From Polyangiaceae bacterium (GTDB lineage Bacteria > Myxococcota_A > Polyangia > Polyangiales > Polyangiaceae), in NCBI GenBank assembly GCA_044376115.1, contig JBILLK010000033.1, forward strand, positions 48,320 through 112,319: 64,000 nt of DNA, in the 5' to 3' direction. The notes under the pieces were generated by a model. The model did not search any database. It worked only from the letters and a program-made list of their open reading frames with translations, and was not told the DNA's origin. Within the stretch, counting starts at the first letter, position 1; each line of letters begins with the position of its first letter. Below are positions 48,032-57,800 of this stretch, in pieces. Both the position numbers and the translations under genes were made by a program.

Positions 48032-50373
48032 GTTTGGTTCGAGCGTTTGTTTCGCAGGGGCTAGCGAACGCGCGGCGACACAAGAGTCTGACGGCGGGGC
48101 TGATGCTGACCGCCGTCGTCTCGTTCGTTTTCGGCTGGCTACCCGGCTTTGGCGGGCCCGGCTACGAGATCGCGCTCGTGCTCGGCCTATTGTTGCCGAC
48201 GCCCGTTGCGCTCTCGGTTGCGCTTGCAAGTTGGGCCGACTCCCGCCCGCCGCTCGATCTTGCGGTGAGGGCTCTTTGGACGGCTTTGCTGCATGGTTGT
48301 TTGGTGGTGATGATCACGGCGGCGCACGGGCTCCGCAGTGGTTTCTGTGAGCCGTGGTCGGGGCTGGTCGTGGTTGGCTTGGGCCCGGTGTGCGGCCTGT
48401 TCAACGCGTGTTTGTGGGGGGTCGCTGCGGCTGAGTTCGCTCGCTTGCTGCCGTCACGAAGACGCTTCGCAGCTGCTGTGCTCGCGGCAATTGGGCCTTT
48501 GGGTTCCATCGCTGTTGGGCTCTATCGCTTCTACTCGAGCCCGATGATCTTCGGGTTCGACCCATTCGTTGGCTACTTCTCGGGCACGCTTTACGACACG
48601 GTGCTCAGCTACGACAGCTTGCTCACCTATCGGGTGGGTACAGCGACCTCGCTTGGGGCCTTCATCGCGCTCCTTAGCCAACTGGAACGAACGGAGTCTC
48701 GCTTGGGATTGAGCTTCGCTCGTCCGCTCTCCCGCGGCGGGATCCTGCTGTGCGCGAGCTTCGCGCTCGTTAGCCTTACGTTGACCGTGAAGGGGGATTC
48801 GCTTGGCCACTTCCACACGCGCACGACCATCGCGCGAGAGCTCGGCGGTCTCATTGAAGGGAGTCGTTGCGATGTCGTCTATGCGCGCGCGCTGGCGCGC
48901 AAAGACGTGCGCCGGCTTCACGCCGAGTGCGAAGCCCACATCGTTCAGCTCGAGCAGTGGTGGGGTGCTCCTGGGCCAGAGAAGATCACCGTCTTCTTGT
49001 TCGAAGACGCAGCTCAAAAGTCGGCGTTGATGGGGGCAGCTGGAACCAACATCGCGAAGCCTTGGCTCGCAGAGGTCTACATCCAAGGCGTTGGATTTCC
49101 GCACAAGGTGTTAGGGCATGAACTCATGCACGTCATCGCGGGCTCGTCGGGGCGGGGGCCGTTTCGCGTCGCAGCGGATCTCGGCGGGGCCCTGCCAAAC
49201 CCAGGCCTGATCGAGGGCGTCGCCGTCGCAGCCGCGCCCAAGGAAGACGACTTGAGTTCGGCGGAGTGGGCGCGAGCGATGAAGGAGCAAGGGCTATTGC
49301 CGCCGCTCGAGCGCTTGTTCGGCTTGTCTTTCTTGGCGGAGAACAGCTCGATGGCTTACACGGTCAGCGGCGCCTTCGTGGCCTACATCCATGAGCGCTT
49401 CGGGAATAAGGCGGTGCGTGCTTGGTATGCGGGGGCGTCACTGGAGAGCGCCACCGGCGTTTCGTGGCAGACGCTTGAGTCAGATTGGCACGCGTCGCTC
49501 GATGCGCTCGAGTTCGATGCAGCGGCTGCGATTCAAGCGCAAGCCAAGTTTGCGCGCGCTGGCTTCTTCAGTCGCAGGTGTCCGCGACTGGTGGACGGTT
49601 GTCGTGAGCGCGCGGAGGCCCTGTCCAAGTCGGGAGACACGGAGGGGGCTCTACTCGAACTTGCTGAAGCGCGCCGCTACGAGCCGAAGAACCCCCATCT
49701 GCGCGTCGAGGAGGCCCTGGTGCTAGCGCAGCAGAGCCCCGCTGAGGCGGAGGCTAGGTTTGCCACGTTGATCGCCGACGAGTCGTTGCCAACCTACGCC
49801 AAAGACGAGCTCCGTGAGGAACTCGCAGACCGACTGTTAGCGCGAGCCGCGCTCGACGAAGCTGCGGCGCTGTATCGTGATGTCCTCGCGCGCACTGGCG
49901 AGGAGGGCAAGCAGCGCACGCTTCACGTGAAGCTACGCGCCACACAAGAACCACCGCTTCGACTGGCGGTGGTTGAGCTGTTGATTGGCGTCGATGGCGA
50001 GTCGCCCGACCGTCCCAGCGCCTTCTTTGAACTCGGGCGTTTGCGCGCGAACGCGAACGATGATGGTTTGCTGCCCTATTTGGTGGCGCGCTACCTCAAC
50101 GAGAAGGGCCGGAACATAGAGGCATTGGTTCTACTAGAGGAGGCTCAGCGAAAGTCGATCGTCACGCCGAAGGTGCGCGCAGAAACGCTGCGGCTAAGCA
50201 TTGCTGCCGCGTGTGACGTCGGCGATGTGACGGCGCTCGCCGCTGCCCTGCGTTCTTACCGCGACGAGCCAGGGGTGCGCGCTGCGCGATTGCAATACAA
50301 CCAACGTTTCGGTGAACGCTGTCATCTCATGCGTGAAGTATCGGCGCGGTTCGTTTCGGAGGTCGCGCAGTGA
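48028..50373 (+). CDS. Polytopic membrane protein with HExxH metallopeptidase-like domain and C-terminal TPR-like region
   Basis: About 7 TMs, then GHELMHV...LIEGVAV (gluzincin-type spacing), AYTVSGAFVAYI; ATGA overlap with lon. Confidence 0.7.
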   Translation: MSLVRAFVSQGLANARRHKSLTAGLMLTAVVSFVFGWLPGFGGPGYEIALVLGLLLPTPVALSVALASWADSRPPLDLAVRALWTALLHGCLVVMITAAHGLRSGFCEPWSGLVVVGLGPVCGLFNACLWGVAAAEFARLLPSRRRFAAAVLAAIGPLGSIAVGLYRFYSSPMIFGFDPFVGYFSGTLYDTVLSYDSLLTYRVGTATSLGAFIALLSQLERTESRLGLSFARPLSRGGILLCASFALVSLTLTVKGDSLGHFHTRTTIARELGGLIEGSRCDVVYARALARKDVRRLHAECEAHIVQLEQWWGAPGPEKITVFLFEDAAQKSALMGAAGTNIAKPWLAEVYIQGVGFPHKVLGHELMHVIAGSSGRGPFRVAADLGGALPNPGLIEGVAVAAAPKEDDLSSAEWARAMKEQGLLPPLERLFGLSFLAENSSMAYTVSGAFVAYIHERFGNKAVRAWYAGASLESATGVSWQTLESDWHASLDALEFDAAAAIQAQAKFARAGFFSRRCPRLVDGCRERAEALSKSGDTEGALLELAEARRYEPKNPHLRVEEALVLAQQSPAEAEARFATLIADESLPTYAKDELREELADRLLARAALDEAAALYRDVLARTGEEGKQRTLHVKLRATQEPPLRLAVVELLIGVDGESPDRPSAFFELGRLRANANDDGLLPYLVARYLNEKGRNIEALVLLEEAQRKSIVTPKVRAETLRLSIAAACDVGDVTALAAALRSYRDEPGVRAARLQYNQRFGERCHLMREVSARFVSEVAQ

Positions 50374-52766
50374 CCGACTCGCTTAGCCATGAGCACCTGC
50401 GGTTCGCCCGCGCGCTTGCGATCGTGGCCCGCGTCAACACGGTGATCGCGCCAGCGGCTTTTGCTGAACTTGCGACGGCCTTGCGTGAACTCGTTGGCCC
50501 TTGCGACCTGGCGATCACCAGGTCCGATGCGCCCGGCTCCTTTCGCGTGCTGGCCTCGACGCGCGGAGACCGTGACACGCTCATCCCGCTTCGAACGCTG
50601 CTCGCGTCAGGCCGCAAGATCTACGACTCGCTGTATGTGAAACGCGTGCCATACGTGGCGAAGGATCTGGAGGCCGGCTCTGAGCTTGAGAAGGCTACCG
50701 CCCGGCACGGCTTTGGAGCTGCAGCAGCCTTTCCGATCAGCGAGTCCGACCATTCTCCTGTCGTGGGGGCGCTGGTGGCTGCCTTTCGAGACTCGGCGAG
50801 CGTTGACTCTCCAGCTGTCGGGTCCCTCGAGGACTTCGCCAAGACGCTTGGTGCGAGTGTGTCGCGCGGCCTTCTCGAGGGACAAAAAGAGCGAGCCCTG
50901 CGCATTCTGGAGGCCTCGGGAGACGCGCTGGTCGCCTGGGATGCCGATGGTCGAATCACCGACGTCAATCGGGCCCTGGAGTCGTTGGTTGGGGCTGCTC
51001 GCCACGAGTTGGTTGGCCGTTCGATTCGCGAGCTTTTTGGCGTAGTCCCGACGGCGCAAGTTGGAGGGCAGCCTCTCCGGCTACTCTCGCGCGATAACAG
51101 TCGTTTGACCGTTGCCGCCACCGTCTCCTCCGGAACCGGTGATCCGTTGGTCGCCGGCCACGCGATGCTGCGCGATATGTCGGACGTGGTTGCTGCAGAG
51201 CAGGACGCTGCGGACAGACTAGCGCAGCTTCACGAGGTGACCGAGCAGCACATGGTGCTGCTCGACAATGCGCCCCTGCTTATCTTCCGTATCGATCCAG
51301 AGTCGCATGAGGTGCTTTACCTCAACCGGCACGCAGAACACCTGTTCGGCGTGCCTGCAGCGCATGCTCTCTCAACGCCTGGCTTCCTACGTGACGCGCA
51401 CGTCGATCAGGAGGGTTCAATCGCCTTCGAAGAAGCCGTCGTCGTGGCCAAGCTCGGCCAGGTGATGCCCCCATACGAAGCCCGACTGCGCCGAGAAGGC
51501 GGAGACACCATTGTTGCGCGTGGGACCATCTATCCGATCATGAACGAGGCTGGGCGCGTGGTGGGCGTTGAGGGCATCTTGCTCGACGTCACCAACGAGC
51601 GCGCTGTTCGATCGCGCTTACTGCAAGCGGATCGTTTGGCCACCGTTGGTTTGTTGGCTGCGGGTGTGGCGCATGAGATCAACAACCCCGCGGCCTTCAT
51701 GCTGCTCGGGCTGGATCTCCTCGCCCGAACCTTGAACGCGAGCGGCTCGTCGCCCGCGCAGGCGGAGCAGTTGCTGGTGGACCTGCGAGATACCGCGCGG
51801 CGTATCGTTGATATCGCGCGGGATCTCCGGACCTTCGCCAGTCCGGTCACTGGCAACAAGAAGGCCTTGGTGGACGTCAGCCGTGCGATCGAGAGCGCGC
51901 TAACCATCACGCGTGCGCAGATTGTTGAGAAGGCCGACGTCGAAAAGTCTGTCGAGGAAGACCTCCCGATGGTGGCGATTGAAGAAGGGCGCCTTGGTCA
52001 GGTGCTGGTCAACCTACTCGTGAACGCCGCGCAATCGGTCGCAGAAGCAAAGCGTAGCCGTGGCGAGCGAGGGATCGACATCGTGCGCATCGACGCCTTC
52101 ACGGAGGGCAAGGATGTCGTGATCGTCGTGCAAGACACCGGGCAAGGCATTCGGCCGGAGCTTCTCGAACGCATCTTCGTCCCTTTCTACACCACCAAAC
52201 AAGCCGGTCTAGGTACTGGCTTGGGATTGGCCATCACCAAGACGTTGGTTGAGGGGGCAGGGGGAAGTATCACGGTTGAGAGCCCCTCAAGACTCGCGGG
52301 CGGCACTGCCGGAGCAGCCTTTACCATCCGCCTCCCACGCGCGGTCTCGCTCCAAGAGACTCCACCTCCCAATCCAGTGGTTAGCGCCCCGCGCAAACGC
52401 ACCTCCATTTTGATCGTCGACGACGAGGTTCTGCTCGGTCGGCTGCTGTGTGAAGAGTTCTCCAAACACCATGAAGCCACCCACGTTGCGTCCGCAGAGG
52501 AGGCTCTTCAGCTGCTGGCGAGCGGCACCTGCAGCGTGGAGGTTGTGTTCTGCGATCTCAAGATGCCGAGCATGGGCGGAGAAGAGTTTTTCCGCGCTGT
52601 GGAAGCCCAGCACCCTCGCTTGGTGAATCGCTTTGTGTTCATGACGGGGGTTGGCTTCGCGCCGGAGCTTGGCCAGTTCTTAGCTCAGGTGAAGGCCCCA
52701 CTTCTTGAAAAGCCGTTTGCGGTCGATGCCGCCCTCGAGCTCGTAGAAGAGGTCCGTCAGCGATGA
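50370..52766 (+). CDS. Hybrid sensor histidine kinase (GAF-PAS-PAS-HisKA-HATPase-REC)
   Basis: AGVAHEINNP, QVLVNLLVNA, DTGQGI, FYTTK..G.GTGLGL; receiver ILIVDDE..CDLKMP..MTG..EKPF; no TM. Confidence 0.92.
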   Translation: MTDSLSHEHLRFARALAIVARVNTVIAPAAFAELATALRELVGPCDLAITRSDAPGSFRVLASTRGDRDTLIPLRTLLASGRKIYDSLYVKRVPYVAKDLEAGSELEKATARHGFGAAAAFPISESDHSPVVGALVAAFRDSASVDSPAVGSLEDFAKTLGASVSRGLLEGQKERALRILEASGDALVAWDADGRITDVNRALESLVGAARHELVGRSIRELFGVVPTAQVGGQPLRLLSRDNSRLTVAATVSSGTGDPLVAGHAMLRDMSDVVAAEQDAADRLAQLHEVTEQHMVLLDNAPLLIFRIDPESHEVLYLNRHAEHLFGVPAAHALSTPGFLRDAHVDQEGSIAFEEAVVVAKLGQVMPPYEARLRREGGDTIVARGTIYPIMNEAGRVVGVEGILLDVTNERAVRSRLLQADRLATVGLLAAGVAHEINNPAAFMLLGLDLLARTLNASGSSPAQAEQLLVDLRDTARRIVDIARDLRTFASPVTGNKKALVDVSRAIESALTITRAQIVEKADVEKSVEEDLPMVAIEEGRLGQVLVNLLVNAAQSVAEAKRSRGERGIDIVRIDAFTEGKDVVIVVQDTGQGIRPELLERIFVPFYTTKQAGLGTGLGLAITKTLVEGAGGSITVESPSRLAGGTAGAAFTIRLPRAVSLQETPPPNPVVSAPRKRTSILIVDDEVLLGRLLCEEFSKHHEATHVASAEEALQLLASGTCSVEVVFCDLKMPSMGGEEFFRAVEAQHPRLVNRFVFMTGVGFAPELGQFLAQVKAPLLEKPFAVDAALELVEEVRQR

Positions 52767-52780
52767 ACTTCGAAAGCGCA

Positions 52781-52803
52781 AGAGGCGCCGAGTAGGCGCC
52801 TCT
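52781..52803. terminator. Hairpin between convergent genes
   Basis: AGAGGCGCC-gagta-GGCGCCTCT. Confidence 0.55.
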
Positions 52804-52826
52804 CGAAGCGTTGCGAGGTTGATGGG

Positions 52827-54131
52827 TCAGACGACGATCTTGAGTAGCTCGACGTCGAAGATGAGCATGCCAGCAGGCCGCCCACCCTCCGCTTTCTCAC
52901 CGTAGGCGAGTGCGGCCGGGATCCAGAAGCGCGTCTTTTCGCCTTCCACCATGAGCTGTAGACCCTCGGTCCAGCCCTTGATGACCTGACCGAGTCCGAA
53001 CGTTGCAGGCTCCCCGCGCGTGACCGAGCTATCGAACATCTTTCCGTCGGTGGTCCAGCCAGAATAGTGAACCGTCACCTTGTCACTAGCGGTTGGCTTC
53101 TTGGTTCCGGTGCCCTTCTTGAGCACGAGGTACGAAAGCCCGCTGGCTGTCTTCTTCGCGTCCTTCGCAGGTGCCTTGAGGTCTTTGGGCGTTTCGGGGG
53201 CGGCCGGTACAGCGGTGATTTCGAGCAGCTCAACGTCGAAGGTAAGCTGACCTGAGGGCGCGCCAGCACTGGCCGGCTTGTCGCCGTAGGCGAGCTCAGC
53301 AGGAATCCAGAAGCGGGCTTTTTCGCCAACCGTCATTAGTTGCAGGCCCTCGGTCCAACCCTTGATCACGCCGTTGAGCGCAAAACTCGCAGGCTCCCCG
53401 CGGGTAATCGAGCTGTCGAACATTTTCCCGTCTTTGGTCCAGCCCGAGTAGTGGACCTTCACTCGGCTTTCGGCCTTGGGGTGCTCGGTGCCGGTGCCTT
53501 TGGAGAGTTGCTTGTAGAAGAGGCCGCTCTTGGTCTTCGTTGCGTCCTTCGGTGCTTCCGCAACGTCTGCGGGCACCGCCGGGGCAGGGATGCCTTTGGT
53601 GACCTCGAGTAGTTCAACGTCGAAGGTCAGTTGGCCGGAAGGTCCACCTGGCCGTTTGGGGGTGTTGCCGTAGGCGAGCTCCGCCGGAATCCAAAAGCGC
53701 GTCTTCTCGCCCACCGACATCAGCTGCAGGCCCTCGGTCCAGCCCTTGATGACCTGGGTCACCTTGAACGTCGCCGGTTGGCCGCGCTTCATCGAGCTGT
53801 CGAAGCTCTTTCCGTCGGCCGTCCAGCCTGTGTAGTGGACCTTGACCTTGTCGTCGGTGGTCGGCTTGTCTCCGCCCTTACCCGGCGTAAGCACCTTGTA
53901 CGCGAGGCCGCTCGCTGTCTTTTGTGCGTCAGCCGGGGGTGCTGCAACGTCTTCCGGCGGGGGAACCAAGTCTTTGGCCGGCGCAGCGGAGGTTGAGGCG
54001 CCGGGCTTGGGGGCGCTGGTGGAGCCGGACGGCTCGGCCGTGGCTGCGGTGTGCTGCTCCGGTTCACAACCCACGGTTTGACCAAGAGCAAAGGCTGCCG
54101 AGAGGGAGAGAAAGGGTCGTCGGTTCATCAT
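52827..54131 (-). CDS. Peptidyl-prolyl isomerase with three tandem FKBP domains; Tat-type lipoprotein
   Basis: Three copies of VHY.GWT.DGK.FDSS..RG.PA.F...VIKGWTEGLQLM..GEK.RFWIPA.LAYG; N-terminus NRRPFL...TVGC. Confidence 0.93.
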   Translation of the reverse strand: MMNRRPFLSLSAAFALGQTVGCEPEQHTAATAEPSGSTSAPKPGASTSAAPAKDLVPPPEDVAAPPADAQKTASGLAYKVLTPGKGGDKPTTDDKVKVHYTGWTADGKSFDSSMKRGQPATFKVTQVIKGWTEGLQLMSVGEKTRFWIPAELAYGNTPKRPGGPSGQLTFDVELLEVTKGIPAPAVPADVAEAPKDATKTKSGLFYKQLSKGTGTEHPKAESRVKVHYSGWTKDGKMFDSSITRGEPASFALNGVIKGWTEGLQLMTVGEKARFWIPAELAYGDKPASAGAPSGQLTFDVELLEITAVPAAPETPKDLKAPAKDAKKTASGLSYLVLKKGTGTKKPTASDKVTVHYSGWTTDGKMFDSSVTRGEPATFGLGQVIKGWTEGLQLMVEGEKTRFWIPAALAYGEKAEGGRPAGMLIFDVELLKIVV

Positions 54132-54132
54132 C

Positions 54133-55863
54133 TTATTCGCTCAGAGTGATCGGAATGTAGAGAGCACGCATTTTCGATTTGGTGCCTTCACGTGTGTAGC
54201 CAGCAAGACCGTAGAGCAGGTTCCACCAGTGACCCGTCGGGGAGGCACCGAAGGAAAGGGCCGGGAAGAGGTGAAACTCCCAGGCGGTGCCGCCGGCCAC
54301 ACTCTGCTCGCCGTAGTAGGTGTTGAGCACCACTTGATCGACGCTGTCCTTGTCGGAGAAGCGGAAGAACACCGGGAAGACGACGGTTGCGCGCGACTTC
54401 GGCGTCGCAAAATCCCAGAAGATCGGCGGAATCACGACGTGGGTGTCCTCGTACGTGCGCCCCGAAAAGAAGATCGGATAGATGTTCGTCGACCAGCCCG
54501 TCGTGCCGTGCCGGTGCTCGAACAACGGCGTTACCCAAGTGGATTCCACGAGGCCCGGTCGCTTGAAGTGCGCGTAGAACGGGAAGACGACCAGGTCATC
54601 CTGACGCGGCGAACTCGTTTGGTAGTAGAACGGGAACAACAACTTTGTATCGAGCCCAATGTCGGGGTCTCGATACCAGTGAAAGAGCGGAGTAATCATG
54701 TCGTACTCCGTTCGGCCGCGGTAGCGGGCGTAGCCCCACGTGGCGAAGGTGCTCTCTCCCTCGTTGCCCTCCGCCTCGACGAAGAGTGGGGTTACCAGCA
54801 AGTGCGACGTACCTTCGGTTCCGTAGTGGAAGAACGGGAGCAGGGTGGTGTTGTCGTAGTTCGGCCCCCAGTTCCGGTAGAACAACGGGAAGATATCAAA
54901 CACCTCACCTTCACGGTCTCGTTGCCAAAGGAACGGACCCCAAAGGTTGGTCTCGGCGTCTTTGGCGGCGTCGTACTCGTAGTAGTGGAGCAGCGGCGGA
55001 ATGACTTCGTACTCCGAGCCGGCTTGTCCGTCGATGCCGCGCTCCCGACCGTAGAAGTAGAAAGGCGCCACGCCGAGGTCGATGGTGTCCGCGGTGCGAA
55101 GGTCACACGCTGGCCCGCCCTTCCACTTACAGAACAGGGGACCAATGATGTTGAGCCCGTCGCTGTCCGAGTGCTCGGTGAACGTCAGCAGCGGTGGAAT
55201 ATGCAGGTAGCCGCCCCCATCGCTGGTCTTTCCCTCAAAGAAGAGCGGCGGTAGCCAATTGGCGTGGGTGGGCGGCCCACCGTTTTCTCCGTCAGACTCC
55301 TGGTGGGCGAACGGTCCGACGACCGTGGTGTAGGTGTTCTTTTCACGCAGGTGCCAGAACAGCGGGAAGGCGACGTCCACGTCGACGTCCTCGCTGCGCC
55401 GTTGGTAGTAAGGGCCAACAAAGGTTGAGCGGTCTCCCGGCTGTGTTCGCTCGGCCCAGAAGGGGAACAGCGTCTGAAATTTGTAGTCCCCACTCGTCTC
55501 CGAATACCAGAGCCCGTAGAAGTCGATGTCCTTCTCGACCAGCGTTCCAACGGCGTCTTCGTCGGCCGTGCGACTGCTACCGATCTGCTTTTTTACTTCG
55601 TCGGGAACGAGCAGCGGGTCTTCTGGGATCTGCGCTTCGATCTTCGGAGCGCTTCCTTGTTCGCCGCCGGTCGCGGCGTGGGTCTCGGGGGCTCCCGGCG
55701 GTGGCTTTGGTTGTGCAGGTGGAGGCCCGCCGCCGAGCCCGGGAAGCTGTGCAATGGCGTTTTGCGGCAACACGAAGCCCAGCAGCAGGGCGGTAAGCAA
55801 GAGGGCAAACTTCGTCGCAAGACGCAGCGATCGGTGCGCCTTCTGTGACCGAGTAAACGCCAT
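54133..55863 (-). CDS. Exported aromatic/Pro repeat protein of unknown function
   Basis: ATG overlaps the hisS stop (TGATG); signal peptide ending AIA; more than 20 periodic hydrophobic-Pro-aromatic units (LFPFW, AFPLFW, IFPLFY, VFPFY, IYPIFF...). Confidence 0.75.
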   Translation of the reverse strand: MAFTRSQKAHRSLRLATKFALLLTALLLGFVLPQNAIAQLPGLGGGPPPAQPKPPPGAPETHAATGGEQGSAPKIEAQIPEDPLLVPDEVKKQIGSSRTADEDAVGTLVEKDIDFYGLWYSETSGDYKFQTLFPFWAERTQPGDRSTFVGPYYQRRSEDVDVDVAFPLFWHLREKNTYTTVVGPFAHQESDGENGGPPTHANWLPPLFFEGKTSDGGGYLHIPPLLTFTEHSDSDGLNIIGPLFCKWKGGPACDLRTADTIDLGVAPFYFYGRERGIDGQAGSEYEVIPPLLHYYEYDAAKDAETNLWGPFLWQRDREGEVFDIFPLFYRNWGPNYDNTTLLPFFHYGTEGTSHLLVTPLFVEAEGNEGESTFATWGYARYRGRTEYDMITPLFHWYRDPDIGLDTKLLFPFYYQTSSPRQDDLVVFPFYAHFKRPGLVESTWVTPLFEHRHGTTGWSTNIYPIFFSGRTYEDTHVVIPPIFWDFATPKSRATVVFPVFFRFSDKDSVDQVVLNTYYGEQSVAGGTAWEFHLFPALSFGASPTGHWWNLLYGLAGYTREGTKSKMRALYIPITLSE

Positions 55864-57209
55864 CACTGCGGTTCCTCTGCGGGCGCCGAAGCAGGCGTTG
55901 CTAAGCGCGATGCAATCCACTGTACCGCATCGGCACGAGGCAGCTTCTCTTGCGCTTTGTTGGCGAGATCTTTCACCGTGAATTCGTTCTTGGCGATCTC
56001 CTCGTCACCGATGATCACGCACAACCTCGCCTTCGAAGCGTCCGCCCGACGAAGCATCGCCTTGAGTTTGGCCTCGCGGCTGTCGATGTCGCAGCGAACG
56101 CCCCGATCGCGAAGCTCCCGTGCGAGCGATAGCGCCAGGTCGAGCCCCGCAGACGGATCTCCCGATTCCGGTTTCAAACTCGCGATGTAAACCACAGGTT
56201 TGAAGGCCGGTTCACTGGCAGCGCCAACCGCGGCGCGATGCGCGATGAGCAGTCGTTCGAGACCCATAGCGAAGCCGATCGCCGGTGTTTTGGGTCCGCC
56301 GAGACTCTCGACCATGTTGTCGTAGCGACCCCCACCGCACACCGTGCTTTGCGAGCCAAGGTCTGCTCCCTCCGCTTTGATCTCGAAGAGGGTGCGCGTG
56401 TAGTAGTCGAGGCCTCGCACCAACCTCGGGTCGACCACGAACGGAATCCCAAGCGCGGTCAAACTCCGCTGGACTCCGCTGAAGTGTTCACTGTCTTCGG
56501 TGGACAGCACGTCCAGAATACTCGGCGCGTCCTTGGCGATAGCCTGATCACGCGGGTCTTTTGAATCGAGGATTCGCAATGGGTTCTTCTCGAGGCGACG
56601 CTGAGAGTCTTCCGAAAGTTCGCTGCTTCGAGGAAGCAAATAGTCGAGTAGGGCGGCCTTGTAGCGCGCCCGCGTTCCAACGTTCGCTTCGCCTTCGCTC
56701 GAGGGGCCGCTGCCAAGTGAGTTGAGGTGCACTTTGATGTCGGTGATCGACAAACTCGCGAGCACTCTCACGCAGAGTTCGATCATCTCGGCGTCTGCAA
56801 CCGGACCGGCATCTCCATAGAGCTCGCAGCCAGCTTGGTGGAATTGGCGATAGCGGCCTTTGGCGGGCCGTTCCCCTCGAAACATCGCCCCCACGTAGTA
56901 CCAACGTGAGACCGACTCTTTGCCCCACATGGCGTGCTCAACGTAGGCACGTGCAGCGCCGGCCGTGCCCTCGGGTCTCACCGTCAGTTCGTTGTCATGT
57001 CTGCGGAAGGAGTACATCTCCTTCTCGACGACATCGCTCGTCTCGCCGATTTGTTTCGAGAAAAGGGCTGTATCTTCGATGATTGGCGTACGCACTTCGC
57101 CGTAGCCAAAAAGCTCGGCTACACCACGAAATGAGGCCTCGACTCGATGCCACGAGCGAGCTTCCTCCGGCAGGATGTCATTCATCCCCCTAACGGCGCG
57201 GATCTTCAC
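55863..57209 (-). CDS. hisS: Histidine--tRNA ligase
   Basis: RGMNDILP, VEKEMYSF, RPEGTA, MFRGERP.KGRYRQFHQ, LVRGLDYY and GGGRYD. Confidence 0.97.
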   Translation of the reverse strand: MKIRAVRGMNDILPEEARSWHRVEASFRGVAELFGYGEVRTPIIEDTALFSKQIGETSDVVEKEMYSFRRHDNELTVRPEGTAGAARAYVEHAMWGKESVSRWYYVGAMFRGERPAKGRYRQFHQAGCELYGDAGPVADAEMIELCVRVLASLSITDIKVHLNSLGSGPSSEGEANVGTRARYKAALLDYLLPRSSELSEDSQRRLEKNPLRILDSKDPRDQAIAKDAPSILDVLSTEDSEHFSGVQRSLTALGIPFVVDPRLVRGLDYYTRTLFEIKAEGADLGSQSTVCGGGRYDNMVESLGGPKTPAIGFAMGLERLLIAHRAAVGAASEPAFKPVVYIASLKPESGDPSAGLDLALSLARELRDRGVRCDIDSREAKLKAMLRRADASKARLCVIIGDEEIAKNEFTVKDLANKAQEKLPRADAVQWIASRLATPASAPAEEPQ

Positions 57210-57345
57210 AGGAGGGTCACTCGCTAGCTCGCTTCGTTCAATGCCGCCTTGGCGGAACCAAGCCCCGGCTTATGGCCAGTGTCGGCGAGGGGGTCAAGCG
57301 CATCGCACCTTGCCGCCGCCATTCCCCTGAGGTTCAACGCCACCA

Positions 57346-57795
57346 GTGAGCCAATCGTCTGCTGGCAGAGTGCTTTCCATCGATCCTGGCACCGTTCGGG
57401 TTGGGCTTGCCCTTTCCGACGAAGACCGTGTGCTCGCGACCCCACGCGGCGTGCTCGACGCAGGCGACAAGCTGCGTCTGGTCGCGACCATCGTGCAGAC
57501 CTGCAAAGAAGAAGGCGTGACGCGGATTCTGATGGGGCTTCCGCGGCATATGACGGGGGAGCTCGGGGCCAAAGCCAACGCCATCATCGAACTGAGCCGC
57601 AAACTAGCGGACGCCACGGGGCTCGACGTGGAGTTGGTGGATGAGCGTTTGACGACGGTCGAGGCTGCGCGAAAGCTGCACGATGATGGCGGTCGCAACC
57701 ACAAGAACAAGAAGCGCAAGCCGTCAGTGGGGATCGACGCTGCCGCTGCCGCGGTCCTGTTGCAAGGTTGGCTCGACAGCAAACGGGGGCGATAG
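57346..57795 (+). CDS. ruvX: RuvX/YqgF pre-16S rRNA nuclease
   Basis: IDPGTVRVGLALSD, MGLP, VDERLTTVEA and IDAAAAAVLLQGWLD. Confidence 0.93.
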   Translation: MSQSSAGRVLSIDPGTVRVGLALSDEDRVLATPRGVLDAGDKLRLVATIVQTCKEEGVTRILMGLPRHMTGELGAKANAIIELSRKLADATGLDVELVDERLTTVEAARKLHDDGGRNHKNKKRKPSVGIDAAAAAVLLQGWLDSKRGR

Positions 57796-57800
57796 CCTCG

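Noticed and set aside
54229..55254. 341-aa plus-strand ORF and similar long antisense ORFs across the window
   Set aside because: Antisense shadows expected from GC-rich codon bias; no motifs or signals.
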